A stretch of 64,000 nucleotides of DNA, from NCBI RefSeq assembly GCF_009834535.1, contig NC_045701.1, positions 7,750,001 to 7,814,000 on the forward strand, given 5' to 3'. Below, one piece after another: positions 50,901 through 63,729 of this stretch. The first letter of the stretch is position 1. Every line of letters begins with the position of its first letter. Made by a program: the position numbers and the translations under genes. Origin of the DNA: Camelus ferus (lineage: Eukaryota). The notes below the pieces were generated by a model. It did no database searches and was not told where the DNA came from. It worked only from the letters and a program-made list of their open reading frames with translations.

Positions 50901-53900
50901 GGATATTGGCCTGTGGGATGGGGATGGGATCCTGATGAGAAAGACGCTGTCCTCCTGAAATGGTCTGCCAGGCTTTACAAAGATTTGAACAGAGGCTGGG
51001 GATTTCAGCCTCCTAGCCCTGAATGCATGGAGGTAGAATTACATTTGAGATGTTCAGTCCGAGGGAGAGGAGGAAAATTGAAGAAGCAGAGTGTCTTGGG
51101 AAAAAAGACATAATGTGGGAAGACTCAGTGTGTGTAAACCATCCAAAAATGTGAGCGAGTGCCTACGGTGTGCTAGGCACCGTGCTCAGACCTAGGAGGA
51201 AATAGGAATGAGTAAGAGAAAACCTGTGGGTGGATAGGATGGTAGACCGTGGTTAGACACTCCACTCTGATATTTCACAGACACACCGAGACAGGAGCAC
51301 AGAGTGGGGAGAGGTACAGGAGAAAGGTAACAGTATTTTTTATATCTCCATGTCTCATGAGGATGCCAGCTGATGCAGACTGAGCCTTCCCAGCAAAGGG
51401 AAGTTGGAGAGCCCGGGCCTGGAGGTAGCCAGACAGTGCTGAGCGTGTTTGGAGAATGACGGCCCACTCTGACTTTGGTGCTTGGTGTGCATGCGTGTGT
51501 GTGTTTGCACATGCTTTATTTATGGAAAAGTTAAGTGTGGGAGATCTTGAATGCTGAGTTTAGACTTTTTTCTGGAACCAGCAAGGCCCCATCGGAACTG
51601 GCGTATGTGGGCCATGAAACACCGAAATTGAGTTGTAGTTGTGAAGACCTTGATTTCCCAACCCTGAATGTGCTTTGTGCCAAGTGACATCATTCCTCCT
51701 GCTTGTCTCTTTCCGCCCACTCCGACCCCTTGTCAGGAGATTGATGGAGAGGCTCTTGAGAGCAAGGGGCTGCAGTGTGCCTGGAGGTAGCAAACAAATA
51801 TTGATTTAGATCAGGCAGTAAGAGGGACAGGCCAGAGCAAGTGCCACTGTGTCCCTCTTGCTCGGTTGCTCAAGGCCACCGGGCAGGATTCCAGGATTTC
51901 TGGGGAATGACTTGCCCCTGTGACTCAGGCATTAATCAAGACCACAAAACCAAGGAGAAAAGTGTATGCTTTCAGGAAGGTTCTGTTAAGCAAAAATGCT
52001 TTGGGGGGAGGGGTGGAGAGTGGAGTACAGTGGGAACTTCACCCATACCCCCCACTCAAGCATTTTTTTTTCCCCCTTTTGGTTTAAAATTCCAGTCTAG
52101 TCCTGTAGACCCAGGACTGCACAGTCAGGGCTTGGCAGGGAATCCCATCCCTCCACCCCCACACCACCACCACTTTCTTGCTTTAAAAATCCTCATTTGT
52201 ATCATCCAGTCCCTGATTGATTCATCATGGTTGCTAAGGATGTGTTTTGTGGTTACACATCAACACTCCACGTTTAAACTAAAGTGGGTGTGTCCACCAA
52301 AATGCTGGGTTAGTATCAGATTCTGCCAGGCACAGGAGCCCTGTTGCAACGTGTTTTTGTTTGTGCGAATTAGTATTTGGGCTTTCTGGAGCTGGTTCTT
52401 AATTCATTTCAGTAGAACTTGGTTTTGTTATTTGAAGTGTTGACTTCTAGGTTTCCTTTGTTTCAAACTGTTTGCAAACTTTGCTTTATTACTTTTGTTA
52501 TTGGGGGAAGAAGCTAAAGCTGTTTCGCTTGTACTATGTTTGTTGTATCTCTGTGTTGGAAGTGAAACAGTGAAGTTCAATAAAATCTGTTGGGTTTAGG
52601 GGGAAAAAAGGACAAACCCTTAAATTATCTTTAAGATAGTCCTTATGTTAAATGTAAGTTGCTCATTTTTCCAGCAGCTGCACAGATTTCATTAGTGTCT
52701 AGCTTTGCACCCTAAGAGTTTTCCCAGTCAGGCAATTAACAGTCTCATTTATTAATATTTTCAAAAATCGGAGGAAACTGTTCTGTTCCCTTCGCTAGGG
52801 TGGAGCCGAGAGCATGTTCCCATCCCAGTGGCGAGCTATTTCAAACCGGTTCGAAGTGGGTGTGGCTCTTTCTGTAGGTCTCTGTCTACCTCTCTAGCTG
52901 TTTTCTGTAAATGAAAACCTTCCCTGGTAAAGACGAGTTTAACGATCTTGTCTAGTGACCCAGCCCTTCTCTGGGAATGGAAGGTGTTGGTGTGTGGAGG
53001 TACTCATCAACAGACTGCTTTTGCTGATTTTTTTCTTTTTTCTTTGCAAGTTGAAACCAGTTGGAGTTCTGGGTGAGGCTGCCATGTTGGAAGGAGTGAC
53101 ACCATTTTCATACTCTGGAGAAGTCTGCCAGAACGGGAGTGGTGGCTCTGCTTTGAATGCTCTTATGAATTTTACATACGGGATGAGGACTCAGCGGGGG
53201 TGGAATTGTCTGATGTAGTGAAGAAACCAGGGCATTGGATGTAGCGAAGAAATGAGGGCTGTCTGTTACTTCTGAGGTGAAAATGTGTTAGCCATCAAGC
53301 TCGCCTGAAGTAGGAAATATGTATGTGGGTACGGGAGACACTTGCATGGGGTAACAGCAGGCTTCATGGATGTTGTTTTTCGGTTATTGTGACATTTTTG
53401 CTTTTTCTGCAGGATGATTATAAATAATGTAAATGTTATTTATGCAAAAGAGCAGCTCACTGTTTCTGAGAGTTTATTTAGTACCTAGGGTGTGCAGAGG
53501 CACTCTTAAATCTGTGGGGGAACTGGGACTCTCTGGGGCAGATGAGGTAGAACAGGCTCCCTGCTTCGTTGAATTGTACTACGTATTTGCCGTTAGAACA
53601 CATAGTGAGTGGCAGGAACTCAGTACACTTTGGCTCAGTGGATACTAGTGATACCAGAAAGCGTTTCTGGCATTGAAAGGTGGGAGGGAGCGCTGTGGAT
53701 TGGGGGCTGCAGCCACCCTATTAGAGCAGATGCCAAGTAGCGGTGACTTGAGGACGGGCAGGGTCTGTAACTAGAAGAGACGAGGGTAAGGAGGTGGGGC
53801 AGGAAACGCGAATCCAGGTGCGGAGCCCTGAAGCCGGACAGTGTGTTTGGGGAAGAACAAGTAACAGTTTGGCTCAAGTCCACTGTTGCTGGGGAGGGGA

Positions 53901-54417
53901 GAGAGGGCTGGACGGAGCTGGAGTAAAAGATCACCACTGAACTCTCAGGAGGGACTGTGAACTGTTATGACGATAAAACAGAGGAATTTAGTTGCTAGTG
54001 GCCTGTAGGACTGATCCGATGCTAGAGCAGCACAACTCTGGTTGATTAAACAGAAAGGAAGATTTCTTGGGCGTTTTAAAATCCTGATTTTCTGACTGCT
54101 CAGTGTGTTGTGGCTGAGGGAGAAGAATGAACACGAATCAGATGGTCTTTGATTGTCCAGGACTGAGGGTGCCATCTGGGACGTGGGTGGGCAGCTGTCT
54201 CCCAAGCCAGGGCTCCGAGCTGGAAAGGCAGCTTGAAAGAGCTACGTGGCAGAAACTCACTGCGCTGCTGTGCTTCAGATTTCCTGAACGCCGGAACCGA
54301 TGTGAAGAACCTGGTCTACTACAGAAGTGGAATTTAATCCACACAGAAACATCTCTGTTTGACTTCCTGGTCTTCTGTTTGTTGTTTTGTTTTGGTTTAT
54401 GTTTGTTTTGGCTTTTT

Positions 54418-54528
54418 TTTTTTAATTGAAGTATAGTCAGTTACAACGTGTCAATTTCTGGTGTACCACAGAATGTTCCAGTCATGCATATACATACATA
54501 TGGTCGTTTTCATATTTTTCATTAAGGG
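54418..54528 (-). mobile_element. Very short young L1 3' remnant
   Basis: ttttaattgaagtatagtcagttacaa...catatacatacata, flanked by TGTTTTGGCTTT (54404) and TGTTTTGACATT (54529). Confidence 0.75.
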
Positions 54529-54945
54529 TGTTTTGACATTTTTATTTCTTAGCTGTTTACAGGGGGGACTAGAATTACAAGATGACACCAGTTTACACCT
54601 CACTGCAGACCTAGTCCAGTTCTGACTGAGCCCCAGGGGTAAGAGTCAAAACCAGGGCTTGAAAAAGAAAAAAAAAAAAACCCAGAAAAAAAACCCCAGG
54701 GCTTCTTGGGTGGCCCATGTCCTGGGGAATTTGTCTCCACTTTGGTGACTCAGCAGAAGGATACTGATGAGTCTCTTTGGAATGCTTCTTTGCCCCAAGT
54801 TGAAGTTGGAGATTTCTTGCTATATCAAGACAGGCTCAAACTATCTGTGTCTTGACAAGAAATCTCAAACTTAGTCTTCAGCTGACCCAGCTACTGTGAA
54901 GGCTTGTGGACTAGGATTGGACCACGCCCATCCTGGGATCCTCTA

Positions 54946-55265
54946 GACCAGCACAGCCCCGTGAAATAAACTGTGAGCTGTATACGCAATTGTAAATTTT
55001 CGAATAGCCACATTTGAAAAAAGTTAAAGAAACAGATGAAAATAAATTTTAATAATGTATTTTATTGAATCTGATATAACCAGCATATTATAAATCTAAT
55101 ATATAATCAATATAAAAATTACTCAGAGATTTTACATTCTTCTCATACTAAGTTTTCAAAATCTGGTGCTTATTTTACACTGACAGTGCGTCTTAGTTTG
55201 GAATGGACACTTTTCAATGCTTGGTAGCCCCATGTGGCTGGTGGCTAGTGTATTTGGATAGTCTA
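54946..55265. mobile_element. MER33-like hAT MITE
   Basis: aaatagccacattt...ggtagccccatgtggctggtggctagtgtatttgga. Confidence 0.65.
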
Positions 55266-55289
55266 GTCACAGAGCAAGACTCATAAAAA

Positions 55290-55930
55290 AATAGAATTTG
55301 TATTTTAGGGCAGTTCTAGGTTCATGGAAGAATTGAGAGGAAAGTACAGAGTTCCCATATATTCCCAGCACACAAGCTCCCCAGCTGTTAAGACTGCCCA
55401 CCAGAGCAATATGTTGGAAGTATCATTCTCCCTCAACGCCTGTAGTTCACATTAGGGTTCACTCTTGGTGGTGTATATTCTATATATTTTTGTTGTTGTT
55501 GTTTGTTGGGGGGTAGGTAATTAGGTTTATTTACGTATTTATTTTTAGAGGAGGTACTGGGGACTGAACCTAGGACGTGCATGCTAAGCATGCACCCTAC
55601 CATTTGAGCTATATTCTCCCCCTGTATGTTCTGTGGATTTTGACAAACTTATAATAACATATATAGACCATTACAGTATCATGGCCCTAAAAATCCTCTG
55701 TGCTCTGCTGATTCATCCCTCCCTCCTTCCCCTCTAATCCCTGGCAACCAGTGATCCTTTTCCTGTCTGCATAATTGTGCCTTTTCCAGAAAGTTGTAGA
55801 ATTGAAACCATACAGACTGGAGCCTTTTCAAACTGGCGTCTTTCACTTGGTAATATACAATGAAGTTTCCTCCATGTCCGTTCATGGCTTGATAGGTCAT
55901 TTCTTTGTAGTGCTAAATGATATTACACTG
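55290..55930 (-). mobile_element. L1MA/MB 3' fragment split by a SINE
   Basis: ttttagggcagttctaggttca...gaaagtacagagttcccata and ccctggcaaccagtgatc motifs. Confidence 0.75.
55501..55622 (-). mobile_element. Camelid tRNA-derived SINE
   Basis: ggtaattaggtttat...gaggtactggggactgaacc...gagctatattctcccc. TSD TGTATATTCTAT (55472) and TGTATGTTCTGT (55623). Confidence 0.85.
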
Positions 55931-57284
55931 TTTGGATATAGTTTATAGAGGAAAACTTTTTACAAATCAGGGTTATATTTTAGCGGTGGGACATATTGGG
56001 GTGGGGGGGGGTTGCGGTGTCTGAGAGTTGTGGGAGTAGAGGAATGGAATAGCGGTGATTCTCTTTTTGCCGTGCTTAGAAATCTTCTGTAAGCATCAAG
56101 AAAGGAGTGGTGTAGGAGAGACAGCTCAGGATGAAAATCTTGCAGAAATATATCGATAACCGTAAATAAAGGCTAATCCTCGTCTCTTCCGTTCCTCTAA
56201 CTCACCCCACACAGAACCTGGAATCTGCGTAATCCAAAGCCTTCTGCCATATTAGCAAATGTCTATGTTAGATTACTCCCCCCAAGCCAGTTGTGAAAAC
56301 ATTTAGACTAAGCAGACTGTTGGAAGGGAACACAAAGCTGGAATTGCATGCGCACAGTTTCCTTGATCAAAGAATATTCAGAAAAACAAAACAAAAACCA
56401 AAGCAGGAGTTGCTGCAGTTCAGACATCATTCCCACTGTTTGAAGATGCAGCTCTGCTCTATTTCCTTTATTTTGGGGATGCTGCTGCTGAATGACCAGT
56501 CCTGTCTCAGTTGAGGTAAATTTCATGCCAGTTGAGCACTTTTTATTGGCAGGGGTTGGTGTATCAGTTCCGAGAACTGTGATTGCAAAGCTAGAAAGCC
56601 GATTCATCAGGCTGTAGTGTCACTGCCTGATTAAGTGTATTAACTGGAAGATGACTTCATTTCAGCCGTTCTGAATCTTAAATACAAGGCTCAGTCTTCT
56701 AGGGACTGAGTTAATGTCAGAAAATCTGTCCGTTCTCTCTCTCATAAACAGTTTAATATCCTCCAAGCATTGGTGAGCTAAGAAAATAATTCTAGATCGT
56801 AGTAAAGGTTCCATTTAGGCATGAGCCGACATGAAAATGCCGTTGATTTCAATTTACATCCCTAGTTTTCAGGGCCTTTTTCAATATATTAAGTTACTGG
56901 TGAAAACTACCAAAGTAATGGCTAGTTTGACAAGGTAACCACTTCTTACAAGAACTGGCAGATTCAGTCTTACCCTGCTTGAGCACGTTGCATTCGTCTT
57001 GGGAAGCGTTTTGTTTTTGTACTTGGAAGTCAGTCTCTCTCGGTTCTCTTTAAACGGAGTGAGAGCAGGTCCACCCCAAACGGAAGGCAAACCATTTCCC
57101 AGCTTTTATTTTCCCAGTCATACAACAGGAATGGCATCTATTTGCAAAAATTACTCTAATATCATCAGATGAAATGGTCCAAGAAATAGAGATTAGTACA
57201 ATGAATCACTGTGCTTCAGGGGAAAGGAAAGCCTCTTCATAATAAAGACGTTTTGTTGTTCCTTTTCTTCCAGCTTCTTTCAAA

Positions 57285-57332
57285 ATGTCTACTGTTCACG
57301 AAATTCTGTGCAAGCTCAGCTTGGAGGGTGAT
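57285..57332 (+). CDS. ANXA2: Annexin A2 exon 2 coding part (exon starts 57274)
   Basis: ttttcttccag|CTTCTTTCAAA ATG...GAT|gtaagt. Encodes MSTVHEILCKLSLEGD, the annexin A2 N-terminus that binds S100A10. Confidence 0.97.
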
Positions 57333-60275
57333 GTAAGTATATCATTTTCACTTTGTGTAATTTTTGCAGATGGGACATCTCTCTGGACAACCGTGCTCCT
57401 TCCTTTGGTTGTACATCTAAGGAAAATGAGGACAAAATTCAGTCATTCCCCCTCCTGGCTCCCCATTACTTTAGCTGTTTCTGGTAGTTCAATCTGAAAG
57501 AAACGTTATGGCACTGGAAACTGGGGGCATCACGTTGAAATTGAACAGACACTAGTGACACTGAGGTGGCTAGAATTTTATCCTGCTATGTACTTAACAT
57601 GTCAGTAGTAGTAATTGTTACAATGATACGTGACTTTTAACGTCATGCCCTGGGATTTTATTAATGGTTGGCATGAGCTACAACCATATTGAAAAGGATC
57701 CTGCATGTTTTGGACTTCTTTTGGTGTCCAGGGTGTTATTCCAGACAAGGACTTCTTAAAAATTTAGCTCCTGGGAAAGCTTTTCTCCAAAAGAACTAGG
57801 ACCTTTTTTTTTTTTTTTTTTAAGCCAAATAATGAAAGTATTATAATTCGTATTTCCTTTTTTGCTTTGACTATCAGGGAGCTCAGAAATATATTTAATT
57901 GTCTTTCATAGGAACCTGGAAATTCTGCTGTATTTGCTTTTTTTGTTTTACAGTTAAAATCTTTAAAAGCTATATGCAAAATTAATAAGTCACTGCAAAT
58001 GGCTTTAGTAATCAAGTATAATATAAATTCTGAATATGTAAAGTATCTAGTAATACCATACATCTCTCACATCATCTTGGCAGAAGTGGTTTTTATGAAA
58101 GCTCAGTAGTGACACTGGTTTGTAGGCATAAATCCTGCAAATATTTCAGAATGTGCTCTCCCGGAAATTAAAATATAAAGCACTTCAAGTGGGTGAGCAG
58201 CAGCTTGGGTCAGGTGGTGCAGAACTCTGTCTCTGGTGCTTCCCATTACACTGTTCAGATAGATGACGTCTGTGAGTGCAGGTTGTATGGAGTATAAAGC
58301 CTACATCGTTTTCATCTTCCCCTTGGAACTTGTGCACACTGTTGGCAACCCTGTAAGCTGCATGTTGAGGTCCAGACAAGTCCAAGAGCTGCATACGTTT
58401 TTTTCTTAATGGATCAGATCATTAGATCATTTTTAGTATCGAGTTTTACAAGAGGGCTTTTCAGGTGGCCTTTGAAGTTACTCCAGTATGATGTGTTTCC
58501 CTGTGTGGAGAGATGGGACAGCAATAGAAAATGTCTAGTATTCCCCAATACTTTGAGGAAAAAGAAACAAAACTTTTGCCTCCATAATTTGATTTTCAGA
58601 CAAATGGATTTTACAGGTAATAGTTTCAATTGCCCATTTAATTTTGTTTCCAGAGATACTATAAAATTATGCAAAACTTTTCCCTACTCACTGTTGTTTT
58701 TGGCATAAGACAACATAGTACCGGTAAATGAAACCATATGTGATCTGGCTCAGTGAGCAGACTGCCTGCCTTTGTAAGTGATTGATGGTGTTTTAATAAA
58801 TAGGAAAATGTGTCCCCTTCAATTTCCATCCACATTTTGTAGCCACCGTGGCCAATGCAGTAAGTATTTTAGAATATCTTTTCCTGGATGTGTGCTCCAT
58901 TTCCACTGAGCTAGTCCTCCAGGAAAGTTTAAGTAGTGAAATTATACAGAAAACACCCTGGTCATCCACTGTGTTTCAGAGCTATAAATATTAACTGGAT
59001 TTACTTTTTGGCCAAGGTGGTCACAAGTACATTTTGAAACATTTCGTCCAGTCCTGAACTTAGAACTTTGTGCCTTGTCCTGGGAGACACTTGGGAGGAA
59101 GGCATCTTAGTTTTTAACCTGTGCAACCTCACTGCTCTAAGTGCTGGGGTGCCTCGAGATGTGATGCCTGTGGGTGGAGAGGTAAAGTCAGGGCAACTCA
59201 GTCTCAACTTTTCCCAGATACTGAGCCATGGCAAAGTCATGATGTGATGGGAAATATATACTGGGAGGAAGTGGGGGTAGGGAGCCTTGACATTGAAGGA
59301 GAGGCTGTGGCGGATGGCTCCACTGGCCATCAGCCAATCTAAAGAACATTGTCAGTCCTGTTTGTCCTTTGCTTTGGGACTGGATAGCAGGGAAAAGGAA
59401 AGCCGTAAGAACATTCCAAAGGAGAGATGTTAACACTTCGGAAAGGAGCACAGATGTGGGAGCACATTATCGTGGGGGTGGGTAGATCCTTCAGATCTGG
59501 AAGGGTAATGGGCTTTGAAAAACATTGGAAAGGAAGAGGCATGGCTTAAAGGCAATGAGAAAAAAAGATGCTAGGAAGAGTGGTAGGCAGAGAGGTTCCT
59601 GTTAAAGACAGCAGTGGGGGGGTACGGACACAAGAGACAGGAGGCGGGACTTGGCTGACAAGAGGCCAACAAGAGGATGTGGGCCATGTGGCCTGACCAC
59701 CTGGGTGGCACAATGGTGGCCGAAGTAGAGGGCAGAGGAGGAAGCCGCTTCCCTCCCTTAATCTGATAGTCCGAGATAAGCAGGCAGGCGTTTTACATTT
59801 GCTTTTTAAAGAATTGTGAGCTCAGCGATACAGACCCATTGGAAATTCACATGCCTGTAGCAAAACTTGGCTAAACACACTTGTCAATCAGGCATTTCCA
59901 CATTTCCAGCTTGTTTCAAATTGTTGCCAGCCCATTTTAATGCTCTTCAAAGCCTTCCCCAAAGAAATGGGTGGTTTCAAGTGCCCAGCTTTGCGTTGTC
60001 TGCTTTTAAGCTTGCATGAAAAAGTAAGATGAAAAATAGGAGTAGATACACCAGATCCTAGACTAGCTGAGCCTTTGAAGAATTCTCCTGAGAAACACGG
60101 AAATTTCTTCTCCTACATGTGACAGCGTGTTAATACTTCCCGAGTTACCTGGCCTAAGATGATGTAAATGATGAAAAGAAACAATAGGGAAAAAAATCTA
60201 TTTTAGGAATCGATATTTCAACAAGAGAATTTTAAGTGTGTGTGATATTTGAGTATGTTTGTCTTTTCACCTCAG

Positions 60276-60375
60276 CACTCCACACCCGCAAGTGCGTACG
60301 GGTCAGTCAAAGCGTACACCAACTTTGACGCTGAGCGGGATGCTCTGAACATCGAAACGGCCATCAAGACCAAAG
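60276..60375 (+). CDS. ANXA2: Annexin A2 exon 3, 100 nt
   Basis: cctcag|CAC...AAAG|gtaggc. Encodes [33 protein letters not shown](G), including Tyr24, Ser26 and the start of annexin repeat 1. Confidence 0.97.
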
Positions 60376-60490
60376 GTAGGCCAGACATTTGTCCTCCCCC
60401 GGCAGGCGTTTTAAGTCTTTTTCTTGAATCTTCATGCACTGGTCATTTGAAATTGTCGAGCTTTAATGGCGTGGTCTGAATCCACCCCAT

Positions 60491-60537
60491 CCCATCCTTC
60501 CCTCCTTCCTTCCTTCTCTCCCTCCCTCCCTCCTCTC
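60491..60537. repeat. (CCTT)/(CCCT) simple repeat
   Basis: cccatccttccctccttccttccttctctccctccctccctcctctc. Confidence 0.7.
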
Positions 60538-62283
60538 TTTAGAGAGAGAAATATTTCAGACATGAGAGTCTAAATCAGCCAGTTAGCATTGTGACCTGGA
60601 AATAGGTCTTAGCTAAGCATCAGGAGGTCTGACCCCCTGGGTGTGTGCTTTGGGCTCAGCTCTTCACTTAGAAGCCTCAGTGCCCCTCCTAGAAGGAAGA
60701 AGTTCATCATGGTGATCCCTGAGGACCTCTTTTTGGTCCTCAATCCCCTTGAATTTCATTACACTTGTTGGAAAAAATGCTGGGAACATTTTACTGCTTG
60801 GCTCTTAGATTGATCTAATGAGCGAAAAATTCAGAATTTTTTTTTAACCCTGCAAGTCACGCCACTCCTTTGGCCCAGAGCTCGAATTTGAAGAGCTGTG
60901 GGGATGACTGTGTTTCCTCCAGTTCTAGGATGAGCAGGAGGATCAGGAGGCAGAGAAGCCTCCGTTCTGAAATAAAGCAGAGAAAGCATTTAATTGGGTA
61001 GAGTCAAGCAAGGACCTGTCTAGGTCATCATGCTGTTTTCTGTGTCTACAAAAGCCAATGTGCAGACATTTTTGGCTTCTGTTAACGAAGCATGTGTCTT
61101 TGGGGTTGCCCCAGCCCCAGATCCCTGGAAACATGATGATGGTGGTGATGCTTGTGATTCACCACACTCTTTTCCCCTTTTGGACAAAGCACTTCCTTTC
61201 ACTGTGAAGCTAGATGGAGACGCAGACGTGACAGCAGCCTGAGCAGCTGCTGGTTCATCCCCAGCTGACGAGCTGTGGGACGTGAGGATGGTGAGTGTTT
61301 TCACTGGCACGCTCGTGCCGTCCACGTACAGGTTCCTGGCAGACTGGGGACCTCAACCAGGGTGACCTGGGGACCTAAAACTAGGCTGACCGTGTGTCCC
61401 TGTGACGCCTGCACTTCTACTGAGTGTGCCCCTTTCACTTTCAGAATTGTCTTATTTTGCAATAAGGTTAAATTACGGTGGTCACCTTTCCTAAAACCCT
61501 TGGAGGAGCTGGTGACTGTGTTTCCAGGGAGAGGAAGGCGAGTAGAAAGATCCTTTCTGTCCTGTGGTTCTAACCATGAGGTTTCCAAGATCGACTTCAA
61601 AGCCACCATCGTTTCCATAGGGACCCTGTGGGCACCTCCCAGAACGGCTGCCTGGATAACCTAAGAGGGAATAAGGAAGCATCCACACTAGGCGTTAAAA
61701 AAAAGTCATCTTCTTTGGTGCTTTTACGTGACCCTACTTGTCAAAGGACGGGCTTGAACATCAGGAAGTCACTAATCAGAAAATGAAACTGAAGTCTGCA
61801 GGGCTTATCTCACTGCAGTCAGTCCTACTCAGCGGGGCCTCAGGGATGAGAGTGCGTGCAGTTGTGTATTCAAATCGTAGCTCCACCACCAGGTCAGTCA
61901 CTAGCCTTCTGACTCTGGGGAGACAGTCAACTGCGTTAGGCCTCAGCTTCCTTACTATAAAGGGGGGCTAATCACAGTTCCCACCTGGCGTACAGATAGG
62001 TCTCAGAATGTGTTCCACAAGCCATTGTAGAAACACATCGAAGTTGAACAGTTAACGCATCTGACCAAGATGGTGCCTTTTACAAGCCTGAGACAAAGGC
62101 TGCTTTTATCCCTGCATGAGAATGCTTTTAGCACACTGGAATGTAAAGATTGCGCAAATGAACTCTGGTAACAGCTGAAACTCCCGTGGTTGTAAAAATA
62201 CCTTCAGGCCCTTTCTGAGTTAGTAGAAAAACATTGTAGTTTCCTGCATTCTGGTCAAAAGCAGCTGACACCACCAGCTACTT

Positions 62284-63729
62284 TTGTTTTCAATTGAAGT
62301 ATAGTTGATTCACAATATTGTGTTAGTTTCACTTGTACAGCAAAGTGATTCAGTTTTTAATATATATATTTTCAGATTATTATGCATTATAGATTATTAT
62401 AAGATATTGAATATAGTTCCCTGTTCTTTACAGTAAATACTTGTTGCTTGTCTATTTTATGTATCGTAATGTATACTCCCAATTTATTCCTCCCTCCTTC
62501 CCTTTCCCCTTTGGTAAACCGTAAGTTCATTTTCTATGTGTCTGAATCTGTTTCTGTTTTGTATACAGATTCATTTGTTTTACTTTTTAGATCCCGCATA
62601 AAAGTGATATCATTTAATATTTATTTCCTCTGACTGACTGAGTTCACTTAGTATGATAATCTCCGGGTCCATGTATGTTGCTGCAAATGGCAATATTTCA
62701 TTCTTTTTTTTATGGCTGAATAATATTTATTTACAGGTATACAGCACATCTTCTTAAACCAGTTGTCTGTTGATGGGCAGTTGGGTTGTTTCCATGTCTT
62801 GGCTGTTGTAAATAGTGTGCTGCTGTGAACATTGGGGTGCATGTATCTTTACGAATTAGAGTTTTCATCTTTTCCGGATATATGCCCAGGAGTGGGATTG
62901 CTGGATCATATGGTAGCTCTATTTTTAGTTTATTAAGGAACTACCATACTGTTTTCTGTAGTAGCTGCACCAATTTACATTTCCAGCAATAGTGTAGGAG
63001 AGTTCCCTTCTCTCCACACCTTCTCTAGCATTTGTTATTTGTAGACTTTCTGATAATGGCCCTTCTGACTAGTAAGAAGTGTTACCTCATCAAGGTTTTG
63101 ACTTGCATTTCCTTAATAATTAGTCATGTTGAGCATCTTTTCATGTGCCTGTTGGCCATCTGTAGGTCTTGCGAATGAAAAATATCGCCAGCCATGTCAG
63201 TATAAAGGATGCTGTGGCCATCAAGTATCAGCCACTTCCGCCACCCACCCCTGACAGCGGAGGGAGCTCAGGATGCAGACAAGCAGGCAGCCGGCCTCTG
63301 CAGCCACCCCTAGTGGTGCATCTTGAGGGAACTCAGGATGTGAATGAACAGGGACACTGGCCCTAGATGGTGGGGTGCACATCAAAGGAATGATTTCCAT
63401 GAGCCCAGACTTTTGCTCCTTCCCATATGTAGAAAAGTGCTAAATTCCTTAACTTGAGGTGTCTGGTTTTCTTTAGTTAATAGTAATCTTTTGATGTTCT
63501 GACTACCTGGTCTTTGTTGCAAAAACTCACATATCCTGGCTTCTACCTTGCCACTTTGGAACAGCTTCTTAGAGCGATCTGAGATGCTGTGTCCCAGGCT
63601 CGAGTCCTAAGAAAATCCGCTGAATAAAACATAACTCTTAGCTTCCAGGTTGTGCATTTTATTTCATTCGACAGTGTTCTTTGGAGAAATGTCTCTTTAG
63701 GTCTTCTGCCCATTTTTTTGATTGGGTTT
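62284..63729 (-). mobile_element. 5'-truncated young L1 interrupted by an LTR
   Basis: attgaagtatagttgatt... 3' end. ORF2 C-terminal remnant ([24 protein letters not shown]). TSD CAGCTACTT (62275) and CAGCTGCTT (63730). L1 text gttggccatctgtaggtct resumes as tctttggagaaatgtc after the LTR. Confidence 0.88.
63170..63673 (+). mobile_element. ERV1-class solo LTR (~504 bp)
   Basis: Ends TG-CGAATGAAA ... TTTCATTCGA-CA (inverted termini). 4-bp TSD GTCT/GTGT. AATAAA at 63623-63628 followed by a GT/T-rich U5. Confidence 0.8.

Noticed and set aside
51841-52443. 200-aa ORF in ANXA2 intron 1
   Set aside because: GTG start, no homology recognised, no splice or codon pattern. Likely chance.
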